From an uncultured Saprospiraceae bacterium (GTDB lineage: Bacteria; Bacteroidota; Bacteroidia; Chitinophagales; Saprospiraceae), in contig CAZVOD010000012.1 of NCBI GenBank assembly GCA_964628385.1, positions 3,731 through 67,730 of the forward strand: 64,000 nucleotides of DNA, in the 5' to 3' direction. Positions within the stretch are counted from its first letter, which is position 1. Every line of letters begins with the position of its first letter. Positions 1 through 9,987 of this stretch are shown here, one piece after another. The notes under the pieces were generated by a model. The model saw nothing but the letters and a program-made list of their open reading frames with translations. It searched no databases and had not been told where the DNA came from. A program made the translations under genes and the position numbers.

Positions 1-78
1 GATTTTTTTGCGCATGCGCTGCCTGATCAAACGCTCCACCGAAGGCTCATCATCAATTACAAGTATTTTTACGGGCAT
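1..78 (-). CDS. response regulator (receiver domain), first 26 codons only; the gene runs off the window start
   Basis: The reverse complement of 1..78 begins with ATG and reads MPVKILVIDDEPSVERLIRQRMRKKI. This is a typical CheY-like receiver N-terminus (hydrophobic strand followed by a DD acidic pocket). It is absent from the ORF track because the window edge cuts it. Confidence 0.45.
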   Translation of the reverse strand, partial: MPVKILVIDDEPSVERLIRQRMRKKI

Positions 79-193
79 TTTGGGTTGATTATTAAACAGT
101 TAGAAAGCTCTAGTTCTCCGACTAAAACCTTCTAACCGTGAATTAATTTCTTATTTTCAAAAATAAAAAAATTCAACCTTAATTTTCACTTTG

Positions 194-3100
194 TTAGTCA
201 TTGACCAAGATAGTCTTACTAATAAACTCATTATCAATCCTTAAGCGAAAAATATACATACCATTGGAAAGCGAGCTAATGTCCAATTGTTCTGTATAGC
301 GACCAGCCGCTCTGCGTTCTGCATTATTCTGAATCACAGCTTTGCCTGATGTATCATAAATAGCAATTTCGATGCTGCCCGGCTCTGGTAGCGCCAAATT
401 CATGTTGAGAATATTGGTTGCCGGATTGGGATACAGTGTTAATTCAAGCTCATTTTCTAGTATCTCTTCCCTACTGTTTACGGTATTGGATACATTGATA
501 TTGTCAATAGCCCAGCCCCAGCCTGTAGCAGCGGGATCAGACTTAAGACGAAAACGAATAATTACCGTATCACCATTTTCAAAAAATTCTGCCAGATTAA
601 TTTCGTTGGGTAAAAATAAACCCTGGTTGCCACTCCTATTTTGCAGATACGCTTCCTCCCACTCGGCTTCTCTTCTGGCATCGTAGCCGTCCATCACGAT
701 CCAGTTTTCTCCGGCATCTCGGGTAGCTTCTACCGCTACAAAATCCCAGAATTCAGCACAGCCAAAAGTAGGACATCTGCCGAGCTCTATCAGGGCAACT
801 TCATCGTAGCGCAGCACACTGCTACTTTCTGTTATTAGAATAGGTTTTTGTAAAATACTGATCAACTCCGATTCATCAGGATAGGGATGGGGCGAATGCA
901 AAGCATTATCACTAAAGCCCTGCGGTGAGGTGATATTAAAGCCTAACCTTGCCAAATCCCGCTTTCCATCATCGAAATCTGTAACATATTCCGTTTGTAC
1001 GTCTTCATCTATTTGAAAAACAAAAGCTTCTGCACTAGCTACCAACTCAATGCCATCAGAATAGGACAATACGGTAACATCAGCGATCAATATGGTATCA
1101 TCCGGAATATTATTAATTGTAAAGTCAAAGTTCTGCTGAATAGGCTCTGGGTTGGCTGTAATCCTATCACTCCTAAAATTAAAAGTATCCTGCCCAAATG
1201 GTATAGATACCGCCACAAAGGAAGAGTCGTAGGCTGATCGGAGCGAAAAACTACCATTGATTGTCCTACCAAAACCCGTACCGTTAACTGCAATTTCCGG
1301 CAATAGCACTTCCGGCTCTAGAGGCTCATATCCTTCCAGCTCCGATAATTCTACAGACCAGATGCCCCGGCCATGAGTGGCCAGCACAACTTCATTGTTA
1401 ACTATTTTCATTTCAAAAATAGCTACCGGAGGCAATCCATTATCGGCATAACTCCAGCTCTCCCCTCCATCTAGCGTTTGGAATAAACCAATTTCAGTAC
1501 CCGCCCAAATGATATTCGTATCAAAAGGCATCACGACCAAACTGTAAGTAGCAACGTCTGGAAAGCCCGTCGTACTTTCCTCTCTATTGGTCACAAAACC
1601 AGAAATATCTTCCCAGCTCTGACCATAATCGGAGGTCTTTAGTATTTTAGGCCCATCTGCCGGAGAGAACAGGGCATAAGCGATATTAGAACTAAAAGGA
1701 TGAGATACTATATTGGTTACCCTACCCATGGTTGCATTTTCGTATAAATTGGTAGCCTGGAAACTGTTACCTCCATCACGCGAAACAGCAATTTTGTTGT
1801 TCTCTATCATGGAAGAGCCAGACCATACTACCAATGGAGAAGCCAGCGAAACTTCCAGGGCAGGCCCAAGGTTGCTAAAGCGCCATTCTTCAGGCATAGA
1901 AGCGACTTTCCAACTATCTCCAAAATTTGTTGAACGAAGCACCCCCTGATTATTTATAGCAAAAACCAGTTCAGGGTCTTGCTTAGGACTCGCCAGGCGA
2001 GTAATGAAAGGGCCTCTGCCGGGGGGTAAAGACAGCCGATCCCAGGTAGCCCCTCCGTTCAATGAGCGATAGATGTTATTGAATTGGGAAGACTCCAGCA
2101 TTTTATTCCCATCTTCATAATGCCACACTGCCTCAAAACCATCGCCACTGGGTGCATAATTCCAGGAGTTACTAGCATCGGGGTTTAAAGAAGAATACCA
2201 TGATCCATTGTCCTGTGTACCACCAATGTATCTATCTTCTCCATTTTTCTTATCTACGCCATAAAACTGCGAGGTATTGAAGCCATAAAGGGTTGCCAGG
2301 GCTTCAGCGCCAAAAAGGTCACCGGTCTGGATAAAGCTCTCTCCGCTATCCGTTGAGAAAGCCACACCACCATCGTTGGCATTGACAATGATAAAGTCTT
2401 GCTGAGCATTGTTGAGTGGTATTAGGATGAGGTTGTGATGATCCACATGTACGCCCTTGGAGTTAACAGATGATCCAAATTGATTGTATCCGTCAGTAAC
2501 TGCCGTTATAGTTCCCGAAGCATTTCTGATAATATTTTTCTGGATGCTCAGCTCACCGGGAGTTACTTGAGTGAAATCAATAGTTTCCTGAACAGCAGAT
2601 GCTGCAAAAACTAGATACATGGATCGGTTGTAAAAGTCAGAAGTAATGGCTAAGTTAGGACGAATGGCTGAGTAATTAAAACTATAGAGACTTAAAAACT
2701 CTACATCCTGTCCTTCCTCAGTATCGATGTTTAGGTCCCATTCACCATCTTCATCAGAATCCACAAAGGCTACTGCCAATTGAACATCATTTTCCGTATC
2801 CCAAACCTCAAAGGGTACTTCTACATAATCTTGATAGGCTGCTCCTAAAGTAAACGCATCGAAGAAAAAGCGATGCGCCATCTGACTTTTTTCTGGACCA
2901 AAACGAATTTCTACATTTCTATAATTTTCTACTACTAGCTGAGTATTTCGGTTGGCAAAATCTGCTAGCTCCTGAGTGATTTCTACGCCGTCACCCAGAC
3001 GATCAGCGGCTGTCAGGGTCAAAAAATCTGTCGTATTATCGATTGTTCCCAGTTCGATTTCATCAGAAAAACCGGCCGCTGTATTGATTCTGACAATAGG

Positions 3101-4276
3101 GCCGGCACCGCCAACAAAAACAGTAGTAGGATCATAAGGATGCACAGCAACCGTATTGTCCCACCAGCCCTGGCCACTAAAAATAGGCCCAAATGGCGAC
3201 CTGCTACCGGGCTGGCGAACATTATAAAAATTCTCACCCGCATCAGAAGAGCGGTAGAGTTCAAAGTCATTTTGAGAAGATTGAGCAGAGATATAAACAA
3301 AGTTAGTATCGGTTGGAGAAATGGCCAATTCCATTCTGCCTAGGCCTAAGCCTTCAGCATTAAAAACGCGTTCCCAGGTTCTGCCGGCATCATAAGAACG
3401 GATGACTTCTCTGGAATTAACAGCAGCGTACATGGTACTGTATTTTGATGGGGTTGCATATACCTGATGAATGGTCCCGTTGGAGGTGTAAGTAGTTGTC
3501 CAGGAATTGCCGCCATCCACACTTCTCATAATATGAGCCAATGGAATATCCTCATCAAAATCTACTCTTGCCGACGTACGAGTCGCAATAACAATTTCAT
3601 CGGGATCAGCAGGGTTGACTGCCATACGCATGATATATCCGAAGCGACGATCGTCATTAGCGGTACTTTCCAGCAAATTCCAGGTTTGCCCCTTATCAGT
3701 TGATTTCCAGATTCCATTGCCAACCACGCCAAGGGTATTAAACCCTTCGCCAGTTCCGGCATAAATAATATTGGGGTTAGCCGCAGACATGGCCAGCGTA
3801 GAGGTAGCCAGGTTAGGAATATCGGTGGTTAGGTTAGCCCAGGTCTGGCCGGCATCTTCTGTCTTCCAGATACCGCCACTGGCAGAACCCAGATACCAGG
3901 TCTGATGAGTTGAATCTTCCGGATCGATAAGCAAACCGCGGGTACGTCCCCCCACATTAGCCGGCCCGCGTTCTATCCAGGGTAAGCTTTGACTAAAATC
4001 CGTATTATTCTTCCGCCCAGAAAGTGCCTTTTTAAAAGCTTTATGCTGATAATTTAGCTCATACCGGGGACCTGAATCTCCAGCCCTAGTTCTGATGGCA
4101 TGATGAAAAGCCGAATAGTAGGCCGCTCCGGCCATATTTTTTGGAAAATGCTCAGCAGTTTGGTATTCAAAGGATGATTCAGAACTTGCAGTTGAGGAAT
4201 TGCTATAATTAAGGCTCCAATAAACAGCTAGGCCTAAGATAGAGAACAAGCCTACAGAAATAAGTATCTTTTTCAT
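194..4276 (-). CDS. secreted BNR/Asp-box repeat (sortilin/VPS10-type beta-propeller) protein with a T9SS C-terminal sorting domain
   Basis: 1360-aa ORF with an N-terminal signal peptide. It has more than 10 Asp-box motifs (TEDAGQTW, STDKGQTW, SVDGGNSW, SYDAGRTW, SSDAGENF, STDSGESF, SRDGGNSF, TSDYGQSW, TLDGGESW, TRDAGENW). The C-terminus (LTLYPNPATNILNMNL...GMYIFRLRIDNEFISKTILV) fits the Por/T9SS CTD pattern. Confidence 0.85.
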   Translation of the reverse strand: MKKILISVGLFSILGLAVYWSLNYSNSSTASSESSFEYQTAEHFPKNMAGAAYYSAFHHAIRTRAGDSGPRYELNYQHKAFKKALSGRKNNTDFSQSLPWIERGPANVGGRTRGLLIDPEDSTHQTWYLGSASGGIWKTEDAGQTWANLTTDIPNLATSTLAMSAANPNIIYAGTGEGFNTLGVVGNGIWKSTDKGQTWNLLESTANDDRRFGYIMRMAVNPADPDEIVIATRTSARVDFDEDIPLAHIMRSVDGGNSWTTTYTSNGTIHQVYATPSKYSTMYAAVNSREVIRSYDAGRTWERVFNAEGLGLGRMELAISPTDTNFVYISAQSSQNDFELYRSSDAGENFYNVRQPGSRSPFGPIFSGQGWWDNTVAVHPYDPTTVFVGGAGPIVRINTAAGFSDEIELGTIDNTTDFLTLTAADRLGDGVEITQELADFANRNTQLVVENYRNVEIRFGPEKSQMAHRFFFDAFTLGAAYQDYVEVPFEVWDTENDVQLAVAFVDSDEDGEWDLNIDTEEGQDVEFLSLYSFNYSAIRPNLAITSDFYNRSMYLVFAASAVQETIDFTQVTPGELSIQKNIIRNASGTITAVTDGYNQFGSSVNSKGVHVDHHNLILIPLNNAQQDFIIVNANDGGVAFSTDSGESFIQTGDLFGAEALATLYGFNTSQFYGVDKKNGEDRYIGGTQDNGSWYSSLNPDASNSWNYAPSGDGFEAVWHYEDGNKMLESSQFNNIYRSLNGGATWDRLSLPPGRGPFITRLASPKQDPELVFAINNQGVLRSTNFGDSWKVASMPEEWRFSNLGPALEVSLASPLVVWSGSSMIENNKIAVSRDGGNSFQATNLYENATMGRVTNIVSHPFSSNIAYALFSPADGPKILKTSDYGQSWEDISGFVTNREESTTGFPDVATYSLVVMPFDTNIIWAGTEIGLFQTLDGGESWSYADNGLPPVAIFEMKIVNNEVVLATHGRGIWSVELSELEGYEPLEPEVLLPEIAVNGTGFGRTINGSFSLRSAYDSSFVAVSIPFGQDTFNFRSDRITANPEPIQQNFDFTINNIPDDTILIADVTVLSYSDGIELVASAEAFVFQIDEDVQTEYVTDFDDGKRDLARLGFNITSPQGFSDNALHSPHPYPDESELISILQKPILITESSSVLRYDEVALIELGRCPTFGCAEFWDFVAVEATRDAGENWIVMDGYDARREAEWEEAYLQNRSGNQGLFLPNEINLAEFFENGDTVIIRFRLKSDPAATGWGWAIDNINVSNTVNSREEILENELELTLYPNPATNILNMNLALPEPGSIEIAIYDTSGKAVIQNNAERRAAGRYTEQLDISSLSNGMYIFRLRIDNEFISKTILVND

Positions 4277-4370
4277 ATTTACTTTTTAACTAGCGTAATC
4301 GCCCCGATAAGGGATGTAGTGAGGTAAGGATTTGCTAAATACGAGTGAAAACCATATTCAAACTCCGTAT

Positions 4371-4793
4371 TTAAATATTTTTCCTCCTTTTATACAATAC
4401 ATTAAATATATAACCGAATTTTTGCTTCTGCGAGTCCGAATCCGAAATTTGACCAGGAGTTGTCAAAACTTCTACTTCGTAATTGTTAAGCCAGCTAATT
4501 TTACCCCCCGGTACGGCATCCTGGTATATTTTTTCCTTTTTTCTATTATCAAATAAAATGAAAGGGACGGAGCCGGCCTTCTTATCTTGACTGATTATGA
4601 TGACGTGCGTAGCTGCTTCGTTCCATTTTAGGGAGTAGTTATTACCAAAATTAGTAGTGGCTAAATCTTTTAGAGCGGAATCAATACTCTGAGCTGAAGC
4701 ACTAGCAAGCTTCTGGGATTTGTTATTACAACTCAGTATCAAGAGCAAGCAAACGACGAGAGCGAAAACACTAAATTGAAATTTTAACATCAT
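4371..4793 (-). CDS. hypothetical lipoprotein
   Basis: 140-aa ORF whose signal peptide ends in a lipobox-like LILSC. No domain recognised. Confidence 0.6.
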   Translation of the reverse strand: MMLKFQFSVFALVVCLLLILSCNNKSQKLASASAQSIDSALKDLATTNFGNNYSLKWNEAATHVIIISQDKKAGSVPFILFDNRKKEKIYQDAVPGGKISWLNNYEVEVLTTPGQISDSDSQKQKFGYIFNVLYKRRKNI

Positions 4794-4940
4794 TGGTAGT
4801 CATTAGAAAAGAGAAAGGATAGCAAGAAGGTAAAAGAAAAACAATGCTGGTCGGACCACCTATCATATATCCACGGGAAAATATCGGTGCTCTGCTAGTG
4901 GTTCGACCATCCATGTCAAAAAATAAATACATCAAAAACT

Positions 4941-4994
4941 AGAAAGTGGAAATAGTAAATCCCACAGCATGCCTGCATTGATTATCCACTTTCT
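4941..4994 (-). terminator. putative stem-loop terminator downstream of 5011..5397
   Basis: A perfect 10-bp inverted repeat, agaaagtgga (4941-4950) and tccactttct (4985-4994), is followed on the minus strand by a T-rich tract. The loop is long (34 nt), so the call is tentative. Confidence 0.35.
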
Positions 4995-5010
4995 ACTCTC
5001 CTTGTTTTTC

Positions 5011-5397
5011 TTAGAAGATGACCAGAATCAATGAGAGTATCGAAAAGGTGAATGATGGAAGAGCTCTGATAAAGGGGTCTTTAACTTTTAGATGCATGCC
5101 AACTGCAGCTAGCATCATAATACTAATACCCAGGGCAGCAAAGTTTTCCAACCAGTTTATCCAGATAGACAAGATCAGTAAAATGGCAAGTATAATCTTA
5201 ATATTGCCAATCATTTTCATGAAGCCTCTTGATATTCCGTAGTAGGCAAATTCTTCCGTCAGGTTAGCTGCATTAGCACCTCTCCAGCGGGTTGGCTTAT
5301 TGGCACGGATCAACCAAACGTTCAGAACGCTCAATCCAACAATAATTTTGATGAGAACGATAAGGAAATTCATTCGATAATTGTGTTTTTGGTTCAT
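5011..5397 (-). CDS. small integral membrane protein (possibly DoxX-like)
   Basis: 128-aa ORF with about 4 hydrophobic helices. The family assignment is tentative. Confidence 0.6.
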   Translation of the reverse strand: MNQKHNYRMNFLIVLIKIIVGLSVLNVWLIRANKPTRWRGANAANLTEEFAYYGISRGFMKMIGNIKIILAILLILSIWINWLENFAALGISIMMLAAVGMHLKVKDPFIRALPSFTFSILSLILVIF

Positions 5398-5500
5398 AAA
5401 TAGAACGACTACTTAAATGCCATTGTTTGAGAATGATTACGCGGTAGCACTACTTTTTGTTCACATTCACAAATTTTTCCTTTTTTCTATAACTAATTAC

Positions 5501-5812
5501 GATCATATCATTTTGGGTACCGGCCAGGCTACAGGAATATTATTGGGACAACTCATCCTTCAAGTGATTCTATTACTGTTATAGAAAGGGCCAAAACTAT
5601 CAGAGTAGGAAAAAATATTTATATCAATGTGGGCACTTATCCCTTCGTACCTCCTATTGAAGGAATACAAGAAGTGCCGTGAATGGACAGCTCCAAATTG
5701 TTGGACCTCCAGACCTTACCGGATCATAGCGGAATACCCTGCAGAAGGTACAAAGGAGTGGTATTGGTGCATCCAGTCCAACTGTATCAGAATTGATGCC
5801 CTATGTGCTTGA
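5501..5812 (+). pseudogene. possible heavily decayed remnant of a pyridine nucleotide-disulfide oxidoreductase
   Basis: Fragments in different frames resemble flavoprotein disulfide reductase motifs. DHIILGTGQATGILLGQL looks like a GxGxxG FAD-binding N-terminus. AKTIRVGKNIYINVGTYPFVPPIEGIQEVP*MDSSKLLDLQTLPDH looks like the ATGSxPxxPxIPG...LP segment. The fragments are interrupted by stops and lie too close together for an intact gene. Confidence 0.3.
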
Positions 5813-6019
5813 TAGACTGGAAAAGATCAATTGAAGTAAGCTGTAATTACAGCGTTTAACGCTACAACGAAAGGCATTTGTATAGACAGACTTCGGGCAT
5901 TCATTGTCTATTTGACAGGAAGACGAATTAATAAACATTCAATTAATATACATCAATCTTTATGTCATTGAAAATTATCTACTTTTACAGGGAGTTATTT
6001 TTTACAAAAACAAAGCGAA

Positions 6020-6871
6020 ATGAGAAACCTGTTCACTCTTATAATTTTGGCTACAATGACGTTTGCCTGTAGTTCTGGTGATGGTAGTGGAGGCGCGGAG
6101 GTTACTACGATAAAAGTTACAGGCAGTACTACAGTAGGGCCTTTGGCCACGACAGCGGCTGAGGAGTTTGAAAAAATGGATTCCACCATCAAGATTTCTA
6201 TCAGTGAAGGTGGTAGTGGTGTTGGAATAGCTAATTTACTAGATGGAACGACGGATATTGCGATGGCTTCCAGAGATATGCAGGAATCAGAAAAACTGAA
6301 ATTCGATGCTGACCAGCAATTTGAGGAGATTATCCTGGCACTTGATGCTTTGAGTATTGTGGTATATCCCGGGAACCCAATCGAAAAACTTACCAAAGAG
6401 CAAATCAGAGATATCTTCACCGGCAGAATTACCAACTGGAAGGAATTGGAGGGGGAAGACCAGGAGATCGTTCCTGTTCTAAGAGAAACAAGCTCCGGAA
6501 CTTATGAATATTTTAAAAATGAAGTTTTAGATAATGAAAACCCAACCGCGAAAGCTCTTTCTCAGGGTTCTAACGGAGGAGTAGTACAAACCATCTCTCA
6601 AACTCCCGGTGCGATTGGCTTTATAGGCTTTGCATTTGAAGACTCCGATAAGGCTAAAGCGCTGTCTATCTCCTGGGATGGCGGCGAGAATTATATAGAG
6701 CCGGTGCTAGAAAGGGCAATGAGAAAAGAATATCCACTAGCCAGGCCTTTATTTTTCTATCACAGGAAAAAGGATGCGGCAAAGGTAGCGCCGTTTGTTG
6801 ATTTTATTTTGTCAGAAAGAGGCCAGGAGATCGTTCGTGAAGTAGGATATATCCCCGTAAAAAAATATTAA
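6020..6871 (+). CDS. pstS: phosphate ABC transporter substrate-binding lipoprotein PstS
   Basis: Lipoprotein signal (MTFAC). PstS hallmarks are present: IKVTGSTTVGPLA, LTKEQIRDIFTGRITNWKEL, SGTYEYF, PGAIGFIGFAF. It is the first gene of a pstSCAB cluster. Confidence 0.9.
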   Translation: MRNLFTLIILATMTFACSSGDGSGGAEVTTIKVTGSTTVGPLATTAAEEFEKMDSTIKISISEGGSGVGIANLLDGTTDIAMASRDMQESEKLKFDADQQFEEIILALDALSIVVYPGNPIEKLTKEQIRDIFTGRITNWKELEGEDQEIVPVLRETSSGTYEYFKNEVLDNENPTAKALSQGSNGGVVQTISQTPGAIGFIGFAFEDSDKAKALSISWDGGENYIEPVLERAMRKEYPLARPLFFYHRKKDAAKVAPFVDFILSERGQEIVREVGYIPVKKY

Positions 6872-6872
6872 G

Positions 6873-8075
6873 GTGAAGAAGACGCTAGGTGAAATCATCA
6901 TTGAAACGCTTATCAAAGTAAGCGGAGCCGTTTCAACAATAGCTGTATTGCTCATTGTCTATTATCTATTTTCCGAAGGTTTAGGATTATTTAGTACGCC
7001 TCCGATAGAAGAAGGATACATTGCGGTGGTCAGTGAAAATGTCCCGGTTGAAGCAGTAGATGTTGAAGTTATCCGCTCTATTTACAACGAAAAAACTATC
7101 AATAACTGGAATCAGCTTGGAGGTCCGGACCAGGGAGTGACAGCTCTCACTATTGATAATTTTGATGACCTTTTGCCGGATTCCATCCTGGATAATGATC
7201 AATTAGAAATAGAAGAGAAGCTAGCAGCTTTTATCGGCCAGACGCCGGGTACAATTGCTGTTCTTCCAAAAGTTTATTCAGCTCCCACACTTAATGCTGG
7301 TGCACAGGAAGTGACCCTTGATAAAATTTCCTTCGGAGATTTTCTTACCGGCCAAGCCTGGATTCCCACTGCGAATCCTTCTCCTTCCTTTGGCATTTTA
7401 CCCTTATTAGCCGCCAGCTTGTTGGTTACTTTTGTCTCCATCATTATCGCCATTCCCATCGGATTAATCACAGCGATATATATGACACAAGTAGCCAGCC
7501 CCAAAGTCAGAGGTATTATGAAGCCCATTATAGAATTGCTGGCAGGTGTTCCCTCGGTAGTGTATGGTTTTTTTGGTTTAATTATCGTCGTACCTTTAAT
7601 ACAAGATTGGTTTGATTTGCCCAGTGGTGCCACAGCGCTTGCCGGTGCAGTTATGCTGGGAATTATTTCCCTACCAACCATTATTACATTATCAGATGAC
7701 GCTTTGAGGTCAATACCCATCGAAATGAAAGAGTCCAGCCTTGCACTGGGAGCTAGCGATCTACAAACAACTATTCGGGTGCTTATTCCCTACGCCTTGT
7801 CAGGGATTTCATCAGCAGCCATATTGGGAATAGGCCGCTCTATCGGCGAAACTATGACAGTACTGATGATAACGGGTAACAGCTCTCAAATGCCTACCTC
7901 TATACTGGATTCTGTACGAACTATTACGGCTACTATTGCCCTGGAGCTCGGAGAAGCCCCTAAGAGTGGTAACCACTACGAAGCCCTTTTTCTTCTGGGC
8001 TGTGTAGTATTTTTGCTTACTCTGATCATTAATATTATTGCGGAATATATCGCCAGTAAACAGCAAGTTGCCTAA
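6873..8075 (+). CDS. pstC: phosphate ABC transporter permease PstC with an enlarged periplasmic loop
   Basis: The GTG start lies 1 nt after the pstS stop. It is a multi-TM ABC permease with an EAA-type loop (SLALGASDLQTTIRVLIPYALSGI). An insertion of about 130 aa follows TM1. Confidence 0.9.
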   Translation: MKKTLGEIIIETLIKVSGAVSTIAVLLIVYYLFSEGLGLFSTPPIEEGYIAVVSENVPVEAVDVEVIRSIYNEKTINNWNQLGGPDQGVTALTIDNFDDLLPDSILDNDQLEIEEKLAAFIGQTPGTIAVLPKVYSAPTLNAGAQEVTLDKISFGDFLTGQAWIPTANPSPSFGILPLLAASLLVTFVSIIIAIPIGLITAIYMTQVASPKVRGIMKPIIELLAGVPSVVYGFFGLIIVVPLIQDWFDLPSGATALAGAVMLGIISLPTIITLSDDALRSIPIEMKESSLALGASDLQTTIRVLIPYALSGISSAAILGIGRSIGETMTVLMITGNSSQMPTSILDSVRTITATIALELGEAPKSGNHYEALFLLGCVVFLLTLIINIIAEYIASKQQVA

Positions 8076-9082
8076 TGAATAGAAAAAAGTTAATCCAAAA
8101 TATAGTTTTTGGCTTCTTTGGCCTCGTAGCGCTCTCGGTTATTGCATTTGTGAGCGGCTTACTATTCTATATTTTTACCAGAGGAGCTCAGTCCATCAGT
8201 TGGGAATTTCTATCACAAGTTCCCAGAAAAGAAGGCCTGGAAGGCGGTATACTGACTTCTATAATTGGCACTGTATTACTGGTACTTTTTAGCGTTTTGT
8301 TTGCTTTCCCGGTAGGGGTATTATCAGGTATTTACATGAATGAATATGCCAGAGAAAGTTTGTGGAAAAAATTTGTAAGATTAATGACCAACAACCTAGC
8401 CGGGGTACCTTCTATCGTTTTTGGCTTGTTTGGACTGGCATTATTTGTTAAAGCTTTTGGCTTTGGTACCAGTATTTTAGCGGGTTCGCTGACGCTTGCC
8501 ACCCTGATCTTACCCATTATTATCAGAACTACTGAAGAGTCGTTAAAGCAAGTACCCAGAGAGTTTGGAGAGGCTAGTTATGCATTGGGAGCATCGAAGT
8601 GGTATACCATCAGGAATGTCACGCTACCTATCGCCTTTCCCAATATTATCAGTGGTTTGATCCTAGGAATTGGACGTATAGCTGGCGAAACAGCTCCGAT
8701 CATCTTTACTGTGGCGGCCTCCTACCTGAGCTCTTTACCCAACTCGTTGTTCAATCAGGTAATGGCTTTGCCGTTCACCATTTACTACATGGCTTCCGGG
8801 CATCCCAACTTGCAGGCAGCGCAGCCCATTGCTTATGGTGCTACTGTAGTATTACTGGCAATAGTTTTTTCTCTGAATTTATTATCCCGCTTCACGGTAA
8901 CCAGACAAAAAGGCCATGCGCTTATATTTTTTGGTTCTTTACTATTTCCCGTCCTTGGCGGTGCTTTATACCTTTTTTACCAAAATAAAAACAAAAAAAT
9001 AGCTGAGCAATCCGCCTATGGTGCCGTAGTAGGCTTAGTAATTATAGGGATAGTACTCCTTCTTTATGGTCTTATTTCTTAA
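8075..9082 (+). CDS. pstA: phosphate ABC transporter permease PstA with a C-terminal extension of about 55 aa
   Basis: The ATG overlaps the pstC stop (TAATG). The EAA loop reads ASYALGASKWYTIRNVTLPIAFPNIISG. Two extra hydrophobic helices follow the usual PstA end. Confidence 0.9.
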   Translation: MNRKKLIQNIVFGFFGLVALSVIAFVSGLLFYIFTRGAQSISWEFLSQVPRKEGLEGGILTSIIGTVLLVLFSVLFAFPVGVLSGIYMNEYARESLWKKFVRLMTNNLAGVPSIVFGLFGLALFVKAFGFGTSILAGSLTLATLILPIIIRTTEESLKQVPREFGEASYALGASKWYTIRNVTLPIAFPNIISGLILGIGRIAGETAPIIFTVAASYLSSLPNSLFNQVMALPFTIYYMASGHPNLQAAQPIAYGATVVLLAIVFSLNLLSRFTVTRQKGHALIFFGSLLFPVLGGALYLFYQNKNKKIAEQSAYGAVVGLVIIGIVLLLYGLIS

Positions 9083-9159
9083 GATAATTGTTGGAAAAAA
9101 GAAAATATGATTTCAACCTTTGGGAAGGTAAACTACGCCATCTGATTTAACTAAAAGCT

Positions 9160-9921
<762 letters not shown>

Positions 9922-9932
9922 TCTTGCTCAAC

Positions 9933-9970
9933 ATTCAGGCGATTGCTCTGATTAGAACAATCGCCTGAAT
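9933..9970. terminator. bidirectional stem-loop between convergent pstB and the OmpA-like gene
   Basis: Perfect 13-bp stem, attcaggcgattg (9933-9945) and caatcgcctgaat (9958-9970), with a 12-nt loop. It lies in the 66-bp gap between two convergent stop codons. Confidence 0.6.
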
Positions 9971-9987
9971 CTGAAATATTTTTCTAT

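Noticed and set aside
4898-4912. A GGTTCGACC string resembling a tRNA T-arm.
   Set aside because: No acceptor stem, D-arm or anticodon arm can be built around it. It forms the 3' arm of a simple 12-bp hairpin with 4848-4859.
4982-4990. TTATCCACT, a near-consensus DnaA box.
   Set aside because: It is a single 8/9 match that forms part of a hairpin arm. There is no cluster of boxes, no AT-rich unwinding element and no dnaA/dnaN context.
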